A stretch of DNA of 64,000 nt from an uncultured Peptococcaceae bacterium (GTDB lineage: Bacteria; Bacillota; Dehalobacteriia; UBA4068): positions 21,696-85,695 of the forward strand of contig CAYJPF010000001.1 of NCBI GenBank assembly GCA_964372025.1, written 5' to 3'. Made by a program: the position numbers and the translations under genes. Of this stretch, positions 46,839 through 56,953 are shown piece after piece. Position 1 is the stretch's first letter. Each line of letters begins with the position of its first letter. The notes beneath the pieces are model-generated. The model had not been told where the DNA came from and searched no databases. It saw nothing but the letters and a program-made list of their open reading frames with translations.

Positions 46839-47291
46839 TTATTTAACACTTACAATATTTTCCATTTTTACTGTTATTACACTTAATTCACTGCTATTAG
46901 AAAATTCACTTTTTAAGCACAATATTTCAGCTTCAGCCTTTGTAATCTCAACACCATCTTTATAATATGTTGTCGTCGCTTTACTTTTAGGGCTTGTTGT
47001 CACTCTTAAATATAAGTTTTCTTTATGTTCTATTATATATGGAAAGTGCTTCCACTGTCCCCACGGTAGAGCTTGAACTATTGCTTTTCCATCTGCTCCT
47101 ACTCCGTTTCTTTCTTTAGTGTCTTTCATATTAGCATAATCTACACCAAATCTACAAGATGTCATAATTGTTATTTTCTCAACCTTATTGTCTATTCCTT
47201 TTCTTGTCTTAAGTTGCTTATTCCATTTTACTGTTGTAAAAGCTCCTTTTTTTAAACTCTCTACTTGTTTTTTAACTTCTCCATAAATCAT
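46839..47291 (-). CDS. hypothetical protein
   Basis: Start reassigned to MIYGEVKK (RBS GAGAGGTAACA). The ORF-track N-terminal extension ..NYKLKLRI.. is a translation of the conserved leader. Confidence 0.45.
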   Translation of the reverse strand: MIYGEVKKQVESLKKGAFTTVKWNKQLKTRKGIDNKVEKITIMTSCRFGVDYANMKDTKERNGVGADGKAIVQALPWGQWKHFPYIIEHKENLYLRVTTSPKSKATTTYYKDGVEITKAEAEILCLKSEFSNSSELSVITVKMENIVSVK

Positions 47292-47522
47292 ATTGTTACC
47301 TCTCTTTTTAATTCTTAACTTTAACTTATAATTCATTATAGCACATATAAAAGCATCTGTCAATACTTTTTTTAAAAAATTTTTAAATTTATTTAAAAAA
47401 TATATTATGTAAAATTTACCAAATTTTTACAGTAAAATAAATATGGTAAAATTTACCTTATGTGCATCATTCTTCTCTATGGTAAAATTTACCACAACAA
47501 AAAAAAAAAAAAAAAGAAGAGC

Positions 47523-47747
47523 TTAAAGCTCTTCTAAATCATCAAATCCATTCCATACGTCCTCAAGCACTATTTCATTATATTCATTTATTATGATGTG
47601 TGGTGCTTCATCTCCATAATATTCATGTTCTAATAAAAATACTTTGCCATATTCTTTATAATCCATCTCGTCTACCACATACCACGTCCCCTTGTGTCCC
47701 TCTACTCTGATATTGTCACTCTTTGCAGTAATTTTCATATTGCTCAT
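47523..47747 (-). CDS. hypothetical small acidic protein
   Basis: 74-aa ORF with cassette promoter and leader. A strong terminator (hairpin plus T17) follows. Confidence 0.45.
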   Translation of the reverse strand: MSNMKITAKSDNIRVEGHKGTWYVVDEMDYKEYGKVFLLEHEYYGDEAPHIIINEYNEIVLEDVWNGFDDLEEL

Positions 47748-47791
47748 TTTGTTACCTCTCTTATTTATTATTTAACTTTAACTTATAATTT

Positions 47792-47820
47792 ATTATACCA
47801 TATGTATTTTAATCTGTCAA
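47792..47820 (-). promoter_or_regulatory. representative cassette promoter (TTGACA-17-TATAAT)
   Basis: -35 at 47820-47815 and -10 at 47797-47792 on the minus strand, followed by leader AAGTTAAAGTTAA (47784-47772) and an RBS. The same layout recurs at least 15 times between 43.4 and 59.4 kb. Confidence 0.55.
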
Positions 47821-47974
47821 TAGTTTTTTCAAAATAATTTCAGAAAAATTTCAGAAATAATAATGGTAAAATTTACCTGATGAAAATTTCAGAAGTGCGA
47901 ACAAGCTAGGTAAAATTTACCATAAAAAATTCAGAATAAAAAATGGGAATATTTTACAATTCCCATTTTTTATA

Positions 47975-48241
47975 TTATCTTATTTTTCTATCTAGCACTA
48001 GCACACAATTTTTCTTAAGCTCTGGTGCATACTGACTTTGAGATATATATAATATTGTATTAGGATATTCCAATATTATATTTTTGTCCTCATCTGTCAA
48101 TGGTCTACTTATTTCAAACATTGTTCCATATATTTTCTTTCCATCTCTTTTTATATGTGTTCTGTAAAAATTATTATATGCATTGTTATTGCAGTCTCTT
48201 AATAATTTATAAACTCCATAATCATCTAATTTCTTTCTCAT
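47975..48241 (-). CDS. hypothetical protein
   Basis: Start reassigned to MRKKLDD (RBS GAGAGGTAAA). Confidence 0.4.
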   Translation of the reverse strand: MRKKLDDYGVYKLLRDCNNNAYNNFYRTHIKRDGKKIYGTMFEISRPLTDEDKNIILEYPNTILYISQSQYAPELKKNCVLVLDRKIR

Positions 48242-48314
48242 TTTATTTACCTCTCTTTTATTTAACTTTAACTTATATATAGAGTATATCACATACATTT
48301 TATATTGTCAAGCA

Positions 48315-48914
48315 TTATTTTAATTTAAATTTATTTAATTTGTCTTTAGCTATTTTAAATTCATTCTCTTTTATTTTGACCTCTTCAATTGCAGATACTA
48401 ATTCTTCAACATATTTATCAATACTAGATATGTATTCATAATCTTTATAATTGGCATTTACAAACTTTTTATTTTCAAAGTCGATAAACACATTATCTTC
48501 AATAAAAGCATCTCCATTTTCAAGTTCAATACTTCCCATATATAAACTCCCATAATAAATTGAAAATCCATCATCAGACAAGTTTATTTTAAAGTAATGT
48601 AAGAAAAATTCTATTTCACTTTTCAACATATGTAAATTATATTCGTTAGCACGTTTGCAATAATATTTCTCTATTACCTTTATAATATCATTATTGCAAT
48701 ATTTTAAAATAAAATATACTATATTATTTTTAATAACTAAATTCTTCTTTTTTTGAGATAGAGGCATAGTAGAGTCACATCCTCCATACTCCATATATGT
48801 ATCTTCCAAATATACTAAATTGCTTCTTAAAGTCTCCAAATCTTTTATTTCTTGTCGAGTTCTATCCATAAAATCGTTTATGCTTCTTTCTAAAATGTTA
48901 AATTCACTATTCAT
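48315..48914 (-). CDS. hypothetical protein
   Basis: 199-aa ORF with RBS GAGAGGTAAGA and cassette promoter. Confidence 0.45.
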   Translation of the reverse strand: MNSEFNILERSINDFMDRTRQEIKDLETLRSNLVYLEDTYMEYGGCDSTMPLSQKKKNLVIKNNIVYFILKYCNNDIIKVIEKYYCKRANEYNLHMLKSEIEFFLHYFKINLSDDGFSIYYGSLYMGSIELENGDAFIEDNVFIDFENKKFVNANYKDYEYISSIDKYVEELVSAIEEVKIKENEFKIAKDKLNKFKLK

Positions 48915-49098
48915 ATTCTTACCTCTCTTTTTATTTAGTAATAACTTTTATCTTACTTATATATTACCACACATATATAATAAAGTCAAGCATTATTTTT
49001 AAAATTAAAATGTTTAAATATTCAGACAATTCAAAATATTCAAACAGATCATACACTAGGTAAAATTTACCATATATACATAAAAAGAGAAAAAGAGC

Positions 49099-49347
49099 CT
49101 ATAGCTCTTCTTCGTCCTCTTCTTCGTCCTCACACTTATTATATAATTCCATAATATCAGCTAGTTCAAACCACACAAAGTCGTTTATCTCTGTTTCTGT
49201 GCATGCCTCTTTGCACATATATTCCTCTATTATTTCTTGAGCCTCTTGTTCTCTGTCTTGAAATCTTATTTCTTCGGCTACATCTTGCCCACCACTCCAA
49301 AATTCAAAACTATCAAATTTAAATTCATATTCTTCTCTTACTATCAT
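49099..49347 (-). CDS. hypothetical highly acidic protein (DNA-mimic-like composition)
   Basis: 82 aa ending EDEEEDEEEL, with cassette promoter. Confidence 0.4.
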   Translation of the reverse strand: MIVREEYEFKFDSFEFWSGGQDVAEEIRFQDREQEAQEIIEEYMCKEACTETEINDFVWFELADIMELYNKCEDEEEDEEEL

Positions 49348-49437
49348 TTTATACCTCTCCTTTGGTTATCTAACTTTAACTTATAATTCATTATAACATA
49401 TACATATTACTTTGTCAATAGTTATTTTAAAAATATT

Positions 49438-49650
49438 TTAATAAATTGAAACCCCTTCATAATAATATAATAGTTTATTATTTATACTGAAATTATCATT
49501 TGATTCTTTACTATGCACATATACACTGCCACACATATCAAACCTCTTAACTTTATATCCTAGCATTTTCAATATTGCCATTCCCATTTCTTCAGGTGAA
49601 TATCCACAATTTTTTGCTAATCTCTCTAAATTTTTTGTTGTTATATTCAT
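49438..49650 (-). CDS. hypothetical protein
   Basis: 70-aa ORF with cassette promoter. Confidence 0.4.
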   Translation of the reverse strand: MNITTKNLERLAKNCGYSPEEMGMAILKMLGYKVKRFDMCGSVYVHSKESNDNFSINNKLLYYYEGVSIY

Positions 49651-49874
49651 CTCATACCTCTCTTTTCATTATTTAACTTTAACTTATATATATAATACCA
49701 TACATTTATATATTTGTCAATAGTTATTTTAAAATAAATCAAAGATATTCTCCTTCCACATACTAGGTAAAATTTACCATATCCCATAATAAAAAAAAGA
49801 ACACACATTCGTGTGTCCTATATTTTACTAGAGACAATGAGAGAGGTAATCGCATTGCTCTAGCCTATTTAGCA

Positions 49875-50144
49875 TTATTTTACAAAATTTTTATATACTC
49901 TTGCAAACTCATTAGCTGATAATCTAGCTTCTTTTCTGCCACCATCAATCCAGTTTAAATGTTTGCCTGTAGTAACTCCCCATATATTTTGATGTACATA
50001 TAATTGCCCACCAACTTTAAATGCTACCAATGTTTTGTATGAGAAATAAAATTCTCTTCCTTTTGCATCTGTGAAAACCAATGTGTGGCTTCCATAATTA
50101 TCACTTGAGTAATTTCCATAGTTTCTATAATTTACATTCATCAT
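49875..50144 (-). CDS. hypothetical protein
   Basis: 89-aa ORF with cassette promoter. Confidence 0.4.
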   Translation of the reverse strand: MMNVNYRNYGNYSSDNYGSHTLVFTDAKGREFYFSYKTLVAFKVGGQLYVHQNIWGVTTGKHLNWIDGGRKEARLSANEFARVYKNFVK

Positions 50145-50247
50145 ATCTTTTTCTCCTTTATTTGTTAACCTCTCAACAACTTATAATTCATTATACCACA
50201 TATATTTTACTTTGTCAATAGTTTTTTTAAAATATTTTTAATTTATT

Positions 50248-50562
50248 TTACCATCCTATATATATTTTAGGATATACAATAATTTCCATGTTCTCATCAA
50301 ATTCAGCTCTTTTAATCATCATAACTTCAAATCCTTCATCTGTCAATACATCTATAATTGAATAGTGGCAAGTATCACTGTCTTTTATATGCGAGAATTC
50401 ATATTCTATATATCCTATATTCTCACCATGTATGTTTGCAGTTATTTTATTTATGATATCGCTTATAGTCATATCAATTATAGTCTTACGTTTCATCATA
50501 GAGGGTGAATTAGCCTCTATATCTTTTATTAGGTTATATATATCTCCTTTTGCTTTTGCCAT
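50248..50562 (-). CDS. hypothetical protein
   Basis: 104-aa ORF with cassette promoter. Confidence 0.4.
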   Translation of the reverse strand: MAKAKGDIYNLIKDIEANSPSMMKRKTIIDMTISDIINKITANIHGENIGYIEYEFSHIKDSDTCHYSIIDVLTDEGFEVMMIKRAEFDENMEIIVYPKIYIGW

Positions 50563-50729
50563 CGTTATTACCTCTCTTTCTTAACTTTAACTTACATATA
50601 TAATATCATACATTTATATATTTGTCAATAGTTATTTTAAAATAAATTAAAAATATTTTTCCTCTATCTACTAGGTAAAATTTACCATATATAATATAAA
50701 AAGAGAGAGCATATTGCTCTCCCATATTT

Positions 50730-51293
50730 TTACATATTTCTTTCATTCTCAATGATAGCATCCATTGCTTCTCTATATCCTTTTGACCAATCTTCTGTGT
50801 CAAGTATATCCAGAGAATCTCCATATTTTTTAGTATATAATTTCCTTTGCAACATATAATCCACATATGAATAATGAGCTTCTTGAGTAACCGATTCGAC
50901 GTGTCTCATTATATTTGTTTCTAGTGCATTCAATACTGCAAAAGCTTTTTCTTTATCAATTGTCAAAAATATACTATCTTCTGCCATATATTCGCAATTT
51001 TCTACAATAACATCAAAATAAGATATATCATTTTCGTCTTTTAAATCATACTCTTCCATTGCTTTTTCCTGTATTTCGTGTTTAGTAATAAACATTGTTC
51101 TCATTACTACATCATACAATATTTCAGTCTCAAGTGTTTCTATATTTTCAGAATTACATAATGGGCAAAATTCTTTTTTGCTATTCCTACTTACAAATAC
51201 ATCTTTTAAATATCTCCCACAATCTCTGCATCTTATTACTTCTTTGTCCTCATCATAGAACTCATGTTTTATTAAATCAATATTATTTGTCAT
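50730..51293 (-). CDS. hypothetical zinc-ribbon protein
   Basis: CRDCGRYL...CPLC motifs, with cassette promoter. Confidence 0.45.
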   Translation of the reverse strand: MTNNIDLIKHEFYDEDKEVIRCRDCGRYLKDVFVSRNSKKEFCPLCNSENIETLETEILYDVVMRTMFITKHEIQEKAMEEYDLKDENDISYFDVIVENCEYMAEDSIFLTIDKEKAFAVLNALETNIMRHVESVTQEAHYSYVDYMLQRKLYTKKYGDSLDILDTEDWSKGYREAMDAIIENERNM

Positions 51294-51374
51294 TTTACCT
51301 CTCCTTATTTTAATTGCTTAACTTTAACTTATAATTCATTATAGCATATATATTTTACTTTGTCAATAGATATT

Positions 51375-51974
51375 TTAAAATAATTTGCCATCTTCATAAA
51401 ATTCATATTCGCTACAGTCACACATATCTTGCATTTCTTCTTCATCAATATTATGTAGAAAGTCATATCCATCTTTCTCATATTTTTTCTCTAAATCTTC
51501 CATATAGTCCATTGCACTGTTAAAGAATTTTACCAATACATCTTCATTGATATTTTTTATATCATTATATTCTAATTCATATATCACATTTTTTACCCAT
51601 TCATCACTTTTTTTATGTATAAATTTTACACTATAAGCATAACGAGTGTTGGCAGATAACATAATTGCATCATTATCATCATATTTAGCATAGAATTTAA
51701 TCGCTCTTTTCTCTTTATCTGTCATATCTAATTTATCAACAATATCACATACATCTAATGTGCCATAAATATTAAGTCCATCGCCTTGACAATATCCTAG
51801 CGAATATTGAGTATGCAATTCAGAGTTAGGAAAATCTTCTTTTAAATCACACTTTATATTATCACTAAATATGTCATTTCTTATTTCGCAATCTAAAAAA
51901 TCTCGTTTCACTCTCTCCTTTGCTTCTTCAGATAATTCTTCATACTTGTAAATTTTTATCTCTTCAATTCTCAT
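51375..51974 (-). CDS. hypothetical protein
   Basis: Start reassigned to MRIEEIKIY (RBS GAGAGAGGTATAAA). Confidence 0.45.
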   Translation of the reverse strand: MRIEEIKIYKYEELSEEAKERVKRDFLDCEIRNDIFSDNIKCDLKEDFPNSELHTQYSLGYCQGDGLNIYGTLDVCDIVDKLDMTDKEKRAIKFYAKYDDNDAIMLSANTRYAYSVKFIHKKSDEWVKNVIYELEYNDIKNINEDVLVKFFNSAMDYMEDLEKKYEKDGYDFLHNIDEEEMQDMCDCSEYEFYEDGKLF

Positions 51975-52076
51975 TTTATACCTCTCTCTTTCAACTCTTA
52001 ACTTTAACTTATAATTCATTATAGCATATATTTTTTACTTTGTCAATAGTTATTTTAAAATAAATTAAAAATATTT

Positions 52077-52352
52077 TTAGTGATATGTATATTGCAATTC
52101 ATAATCATTTAATATTTCACTTATTTCTTTATCAGTGAATTCTCTATCAGAGTTTTCTAGTAGTGACCTTGCACAGTCCTCACAGAATTTTCCACTCATA
52201 TCTAAATATTCACAGTCATCTCCATCATAATATATAGAATCTTCAAATAATACACTATCGCATCTATCACACACCTCTATACAATATGGGTCTTTACTTC
52301 CACAGTTTCTGCATGTCTCACAGTCTAAGCAGTCATTTCTTTGCACTAACAT
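52077..52352 (-). CDS. hypothetical Cys-rich protein
   Basis: 91 aa with 10 Cys (CLDCETCRNCG...). Confidence 0.4.
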   Translation of the reverse strand: MLVQRNDCLDCETCRNCGSKDPYCIEVCDRCDSVLFEDSIYYDGDDCEYLDMSGKFCEDCARSLLENSDREFTDKEISEILNDYELQYTYH

Positions 52353-52624
52353 ATTTTTTCTCCTTCCTTATATTCCTTAAGATATTTGATACTCATTCTC
52401 AAGTGATATATTCTATTATCATGTTCTTCTTCAGCAGATAATTCATCTATCCAAGATTGCAGAGCATCTATAGTTTCTTCTATTCCTTCTACATCCATCA
52501 AATATCCACTCATATCACAGTATGGACAGTGATTTTCTCCTATCTCATCATCTCTTCCATCATATTTAACGAGTATTTCACCCTCATCCATTGTGTTTTC
52601 ACACCAGTTACATTTAATTCTCAT
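52346..52624 (-). CDS. hypothetical zinc-ribbon protein
   Basis: CNWCEN...CPYCD, with cassette promoter. Confidence 0.4.
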   Translation of the reverse strand: MRIKCNWCENTMDEGEILVKYDGRDDEIGENHCPYCDMSGYLMDVEGIEETIDALQSWIDELSAEEEHDNRIYHLRMSIKYLKEYKEGEKIC

Positions 52625-53347
52625 ATTATTTATTCCTCTCTTTCAATATAAATAACTTTAACTTACATATATAATATCATAGTTAAAGCTATTTGTCAAT
52701 AGGTATTTTAAAATATTTATTATTGGAAAAATTTGGTAGGATCGGTCATATTGGTAAAATTTACCTTTATAATACAATAGAGTGCAAAAGGTTGCAAAAT
52801 CGCTTTAGCGGTTTTAGCAAACCTAGGAATTGACGTACAAAATGAGTAGAAAATATTTATATTTTCTACATTTTGTAGTCAAGGAGTGGAGCTCAAGAGC
52901 CTTATGGAATATGAATATTTCATAAGGTATAAGGCTTAACAGCCCTATTCTGCCAAATAGAGAAAGTGTAAACACTTTCTTGCTATTTGGTGCGAATATT
53001 CCCCCCTTTGCCAAAACTGCTGAAGCAGTTTCGTCAACCATATTCAACTGGTTTCAATATTTCTACTTAATTTGTATTGAAAATTAGAATTTTATAAATG
53101 CATAAAATTTAAAAACATATGATTATGACAAAGAAATATTTTGATTTAGAAAATTGTTATTGTTGAGAATTCCAAAATACAAAATTCGAAAAATCAAAAA
53201 TAAATGTTGAAATTTCAACGCTTAAACCCCCTCGCTCTAAATATAATGTACTAAAAAATTAGAATTTTTAGCGTAAGCAAAACACGAGGGAGAAGCGTGA
53301 GCAAAAAACGGACAGCGACTGCTCTTGATTGTTGTTTAAATTTGTAT

Positions 53348-54709
53348 TTATTCTTCAATATTTTCATCTAAATCCTCATACATATTTTCATATGATTGAG
53401 ATTCAAGTATAACTTCTTCATTTAACCAACTATGTAGCAAATTCCTCATTCTCTTAGATGGAATATATACATTTATATTATTGTATTCTCTAATAGCACT
53501 TCTAAATATAAATTGCAACATTTCAGATAGAGCGAATAAATCATAATTGATTTTTACTTTATGAAATAAAAAAAATTGTTTTACATAAGGATTAGGAAAT
53601 CTGTTAGCGAAATAAACCACACAAGTCCTATCCTTATACATATTAGTTCCTCTTGTATTTAGAGCGACAAATCCTTTTGTATATCCTTTCCCACTATATA
53701 ACTTTTTATATTCCTTATATACAGTCCATATTACTTTATTAGAATGAGATTTAGAAATTTTTTGAACATAATTCTCTATATTATTTTTAATTAACTTAGT
53801 CACCTTATCATTCTTAGACCAAGTATCAAACCATGTTTTTGAGAGAGCTGTCTCAAATTCTCCTATATCATTCAATTTGCTATTTTCATGAATTGAAATA
53901 AGTGGCTTATATCTTTTTATATCATATTTTTGAGGAACATCTGTTAGGCAATATCTCCCACCTTCTTTTTTTACATACAGATAATTATATTCTACATTAT
54001 GAAAATCAAAATAATATTTCTGAATTTGGGCATCAAACATATATGTCAATATATATACACGTCTAAAGGCTTTAAATATTGAAACTGGAAAATTCCATGC
54101 GATTGTAGAATTATTATTTCCATAAGCATACAGTGATTCTATTTCACACATTTTTTTGTATTTATTATATTCTCCACTATATGATTTATCTGTCCACACT
54201 ATCAATCCATCTTTTTCTATTTTTGCGTGTTTAGAAAATATATTTTGTCTGTCTGATTTACTTATAGCTGTTGTTCCCACTACATCTGCAACTTCATCCA
54301 TAACCAATATATATCGATTTAAAAATGCAAGCTGTACCATTTCTGCATCGAAATATTGGAATAAAGCATGTGTAGTTACAATATTCTTGCCTTGATTTAT
54401 TAGTTCTTTTATATTCTCTGTCTTAGTAGATACTGCATCTGATGGTTCAATAAAATGTTTGTCTTTGCAACTCTCTTTGATTCTTTTGACCTCATCAAGA
54501 TATGGGGTAACATACATATACCTATATACATCATCTGACATTTTGTCCTCATTTATAAAGTTTATCAAAGAACTTGTTTTCCCTTCCCCCATAGGAGCAT
54601 CAACTACATTAACTTTATAATGTTTGTAATTATCACTTTCAACAAACATATCTACTAATTCATCAAATTCTTCATTGGTTATTATTTTACTCATTATAAT
54701 GTCTCCCAT
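53348..54709 (-). CDS. superfamily-2 helicase-like P-loop ATPase
   Basis: Walker A DAPMGEGKTS, Walker B LVMDEVAD (DExx) and a motif VI-like QFIFRSAIRE. Confidence 0.4.
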   Translation of the reverse strand: MGDIIMSKIITNEEFDELVDMFVESDNYKHYKVNVVDAPMGEGKTSSLINFINEDKMSDDVYRYMYVTPYLDEVKRIKESCKDKHFIEPSDAVSTKTENIKELINQGKNIVTTHALFQYFDAEMVQLAFLNRYILVMDEVADVVGTTAISKSDRQNIFSKHAKIEKDGLIVWTDKSYSGEYNKYKKMCEIESLYAYGNNNSTIAWNFPVSIFKAFRRVYILTYMFDAQIQKYYFDFHNVEYNYLYVKKEGGRYCLTDVPQKYDIKRYKPLISIHENSKLNDIGEFETALSKTWFDTWSKNDKVTKLIKNNIENYVQKISKSHSNKVIWTVYKEYKKLYSGKGYTKGFVALNTRGTNMYKDRTCVVYFANRFPNPYVKQFFLFHKVKINYDLFALSEMLQFIFRSAIREYNNINVYIPSKRMRNLLHSWLNEEVILESQSYENMYEDLDENIEE

Positions 54710-55350
54710 ACTTTACATTCTTTGTTAATTTTCTCATAACATTCTTTCCCATATCCTCTTCTAATACTCTCACTATCTGTTAATCTCCTACCACAGTTTC
54801 CACATTTAGCAACATATGTCATTGTGATATTTCTACTTAGCACATTTCTTGATAATTGCGTAAGAGCTGATAATAGTAATCCTATTTCATAATCACTCTT
54901 TTCATAATTTCCTGATTTTCCTTTAGAAAATCCAAAAGAAGAATTGTCATTTACAAATAAACAACCTCCGTATAAAGGGTCGTCAAAAGGCTCTTTTTCA
55001 TCTAACAATGTAACAAAATACATATTCCTAGTTGGCTCAGGTTTGGTTAGGAAATATCTTATTTCTCTTGTCTGTTCCTTATCTTGCTGTATTATAAATT
55101 CAGATTTTGTTGAAAGTATAAACTCTAGCATATCTGCATATGTATCAACATTTACGTTTGGATATGTAGGTTCATCATTCAAAGGTGGGTGCATATCATA
55201 TCTTGGTTTACTTTCAGATAAATTTAAAACTTCATATTGTGGTGAAAGTAAATTTAAATTATGTAGCTCTCCTATATTAGTATCTGCTAGGTCTGAAATC
55301 TCAGCATTTGATTGAGATACCACATCTATTATTTCAATTGTTGTATTCAT
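54694..55350 (-). CDS. hypothetical protein with C-terminal zinc ribbon (partner of the helicase-like gene)
   Basis: 218 aa overlapping the helicase-like gene start by 16 nt. CGNCGRRL...C motifs. Confidence 0.4.
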   Translation of the reverse strand: MNTTIEIIDVVSQSNAEISDLADTNIGELHNLNLLSPQYEVLNLSESKPRYDMHPPLNDEPTYPNVNVDTYADMLEFILSTKSEFIIQQDKEQTREIRYFLTKPEPTRNMYFVTLLDEKEPFDDPLYGGCLFVNDNSSFGFSKGKSGNYEKSDYEIGLLLSALTQLSRNVLSRNITMTYVAKCGNCGRRLTDSESIRRGYGKECYEKINKECKVWETL

Positions 55351-55476
55351 ATTGTTCTCCTTTGTTTTAATTTATTATTTATGTATTCATTATATCATAT
55401 TTTATTGGTGGTGTCAAGCATTTTATTTAGCTTGATCTTGGTAAAATTTACCATATGAATATAAAAAAGAGAGGCA

Positions 55477-55977
55477 TTAAAATGCCTCTTTAATCGCCTC
55501 TATAAGTGGCTCTAAACCTGTGGAATATCTCCATATTCCTGAATTGTCTGAATATTCTGCATTTCCATTATATTCACATTCTTCTATAAAGAACTCTGTG
55601 ATTACATAATGCTTATGATATGGGCAGTACCAATATGTTGACCTTAATTGTGCTACCACCTCTACTGCTAAACTATATGTGGTATATGACCCCATTATTT
55701 CCCCACCATCTGTTTCAGTAGTTATCCCTGTTTTGATAGAGTGTCTCTCCTTGAATGGAATTTCTACAGTAGACTTCTTTATTTCATATGTTTTGCATTT
55801 GAATATATAATTGTCCTCTGCAACTTCTGCTCCATAGCATTCATCTATGTAAGTCTTTAAAAGCTCCATAGCTTGCTCTATATCTTCTGCTTCTACTATT
55901 TGAGAATCCCATTGAGACTCCAATCCATTATTTAATTTAAATTGAATTCTAAATGCGTTTACTTGTTTATGTTTCAT
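55477..55977 (-). CDS. hypothetical protein
   Basis: 166-aa ORF with cassette promoter. A terminator hairpin AGAGGCATTTTAATGCCTCT plus a T-run follows. Confidence 0.45.
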   Translation of the reverse strand: MKHKQVNAFRIQFKLNNGLESQWDSQIVEAEDIEQAMELLKTYIDECYGAEVAEDNYIFKCKTYEIKKSTVEIPFKERHSIKTGITTETDGGEIMGSYTTYSLAVEVVAQLRSTYWYCPYHKHYVITEFFIEECEYNGNAEYSDNSGIWRYSTGLEPLIEAIKEAF

Positions 55978-56073
55978 ATTACACCTCTCTCTTTCACTTA
56001 TTTAACTTTAACTTATAATTTATTATAGCACAGGTTGAATAGATTGTCAATAGTTTTTTAGAAATTTTTTATT

Positions 56074-56475
56074 TTAATTCAAATATTCATTCAACATATT
56101 CAATATTTCTGTCTCATATTGCATAGTTGGAATTACAATCTCTTCCATTGTTACAGTTAGTAAACTCCCATATTCAGCTCCAACCAGTGCTTGTTCATAT
56201 GGTGTAGAGATAGGCATTGATGCTATTTCATATATTTTGTTTTCACCATAGTCCATATAGTCAAGAGTTGAAGTAAGATTGTTGTTCACTTCATCACGTA
56301 TAGTGTTCAATAGTTCATCAGCCTCAATTCTTAGGTCTTTCTGCACTTGGACTTCTCTCTGTAGATTTCCTATGGTGATATCTTTCCCCATAGGGTTTGT
56401 AATAGCGATTGTTATTATTGCTGATACCATTACTGATACTAATATAATTGCGATTGTTTTAATTTGTTTTTTCAT
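56074..56475 (-). CDS. hypothetical membrane-anchored protein
   Basis: N-terminal TM helix IAIILVSVMVSAIITIAIT. Confidence 0.4.
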   Translation of the reverse strand: MKKQIKTIAIILVSVMVSAIITIAITNPMGKDITIGNLQREVQVQKDLRIEADELLNTIRDEVNNNLTSTLDYMDYGENKIYEIASMPISTPYEQALVGAEYGSLLTVTMEEIVIPTMQYETEILNMLNEYLN

Positions 56476-56521
56476 GTTTATTCCTCCTTATTTGTTGTTT
56501 AGTTTTAACTTATAATTTAAT

Positions 56522-56749
56522 TTAAAATAAAGGTTCATCAGGGAACATATATGTTCCATTGCTTTTAAATGATTGATTATGGAAATCTATTCTTTTTGCC
56601 ATTTCTTTAATTGTTTTAACTGGCTCAATAGTGATAGGATTTTTCATTTGTTTTATTTTAGATAATAAATTATCATTATCACTACATCTCAATCCATTTG
56701 CAAAATATGTTCCATTATCCTCATGTACTACCACATAGTTAAATTTCAT
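56522..56749 (-). CDS. hypothetical protein
   Basis: Start reassigned to MKFNYVVVHED (RBS AGGAGGAATAAAT). Confidence 0.4.
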   Translation of the reverse strand: MKFNYVVVHEDNGTYFANGLRCSDNDNLLSKIKQMKNPITIEPVKTIKEMAKRIDFHNQSFKSNGTYMFPDEPLF

Positions 56750-56953
56750 ATTTATTCCTCCTTGTTTGCTGTTTAACTTTAACTTATAATTTATTATAGC
56801 ACAGGTCAGAATATATGTCAAGCATTTATTTTATAAATTTATAATTTATTTTTCAAATATCTATATGGTAAAATTTACTAAGATCTGTAATGAAAAAGAC
56901 ACCCATTACAGGTGTCTCTCTCGAAAGGAATAATAACAACTTATGTAAACAGA

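Noticed and set aside
46839-47363. ORF-track N-terminal extensions containing ..NYKLKL.. (also 47975-48298, 51375-52019, 56522-56821)
   Set aside because: The NYKLKL stretch is a translation of the conserved AAGTTAAAGTTAA leader upstream of the real RBS. Starts were moved to the internal ATG that has a Shine-Dalgarno sequence.
50606-50866. 86-aa minus-strand ORF overlapping the 50730-51293 gene
   Set aside because: It covers the conserved promoter/leader cassette and the GGTAAAATTTACC site of the neighbouring gene, and has no RBS.
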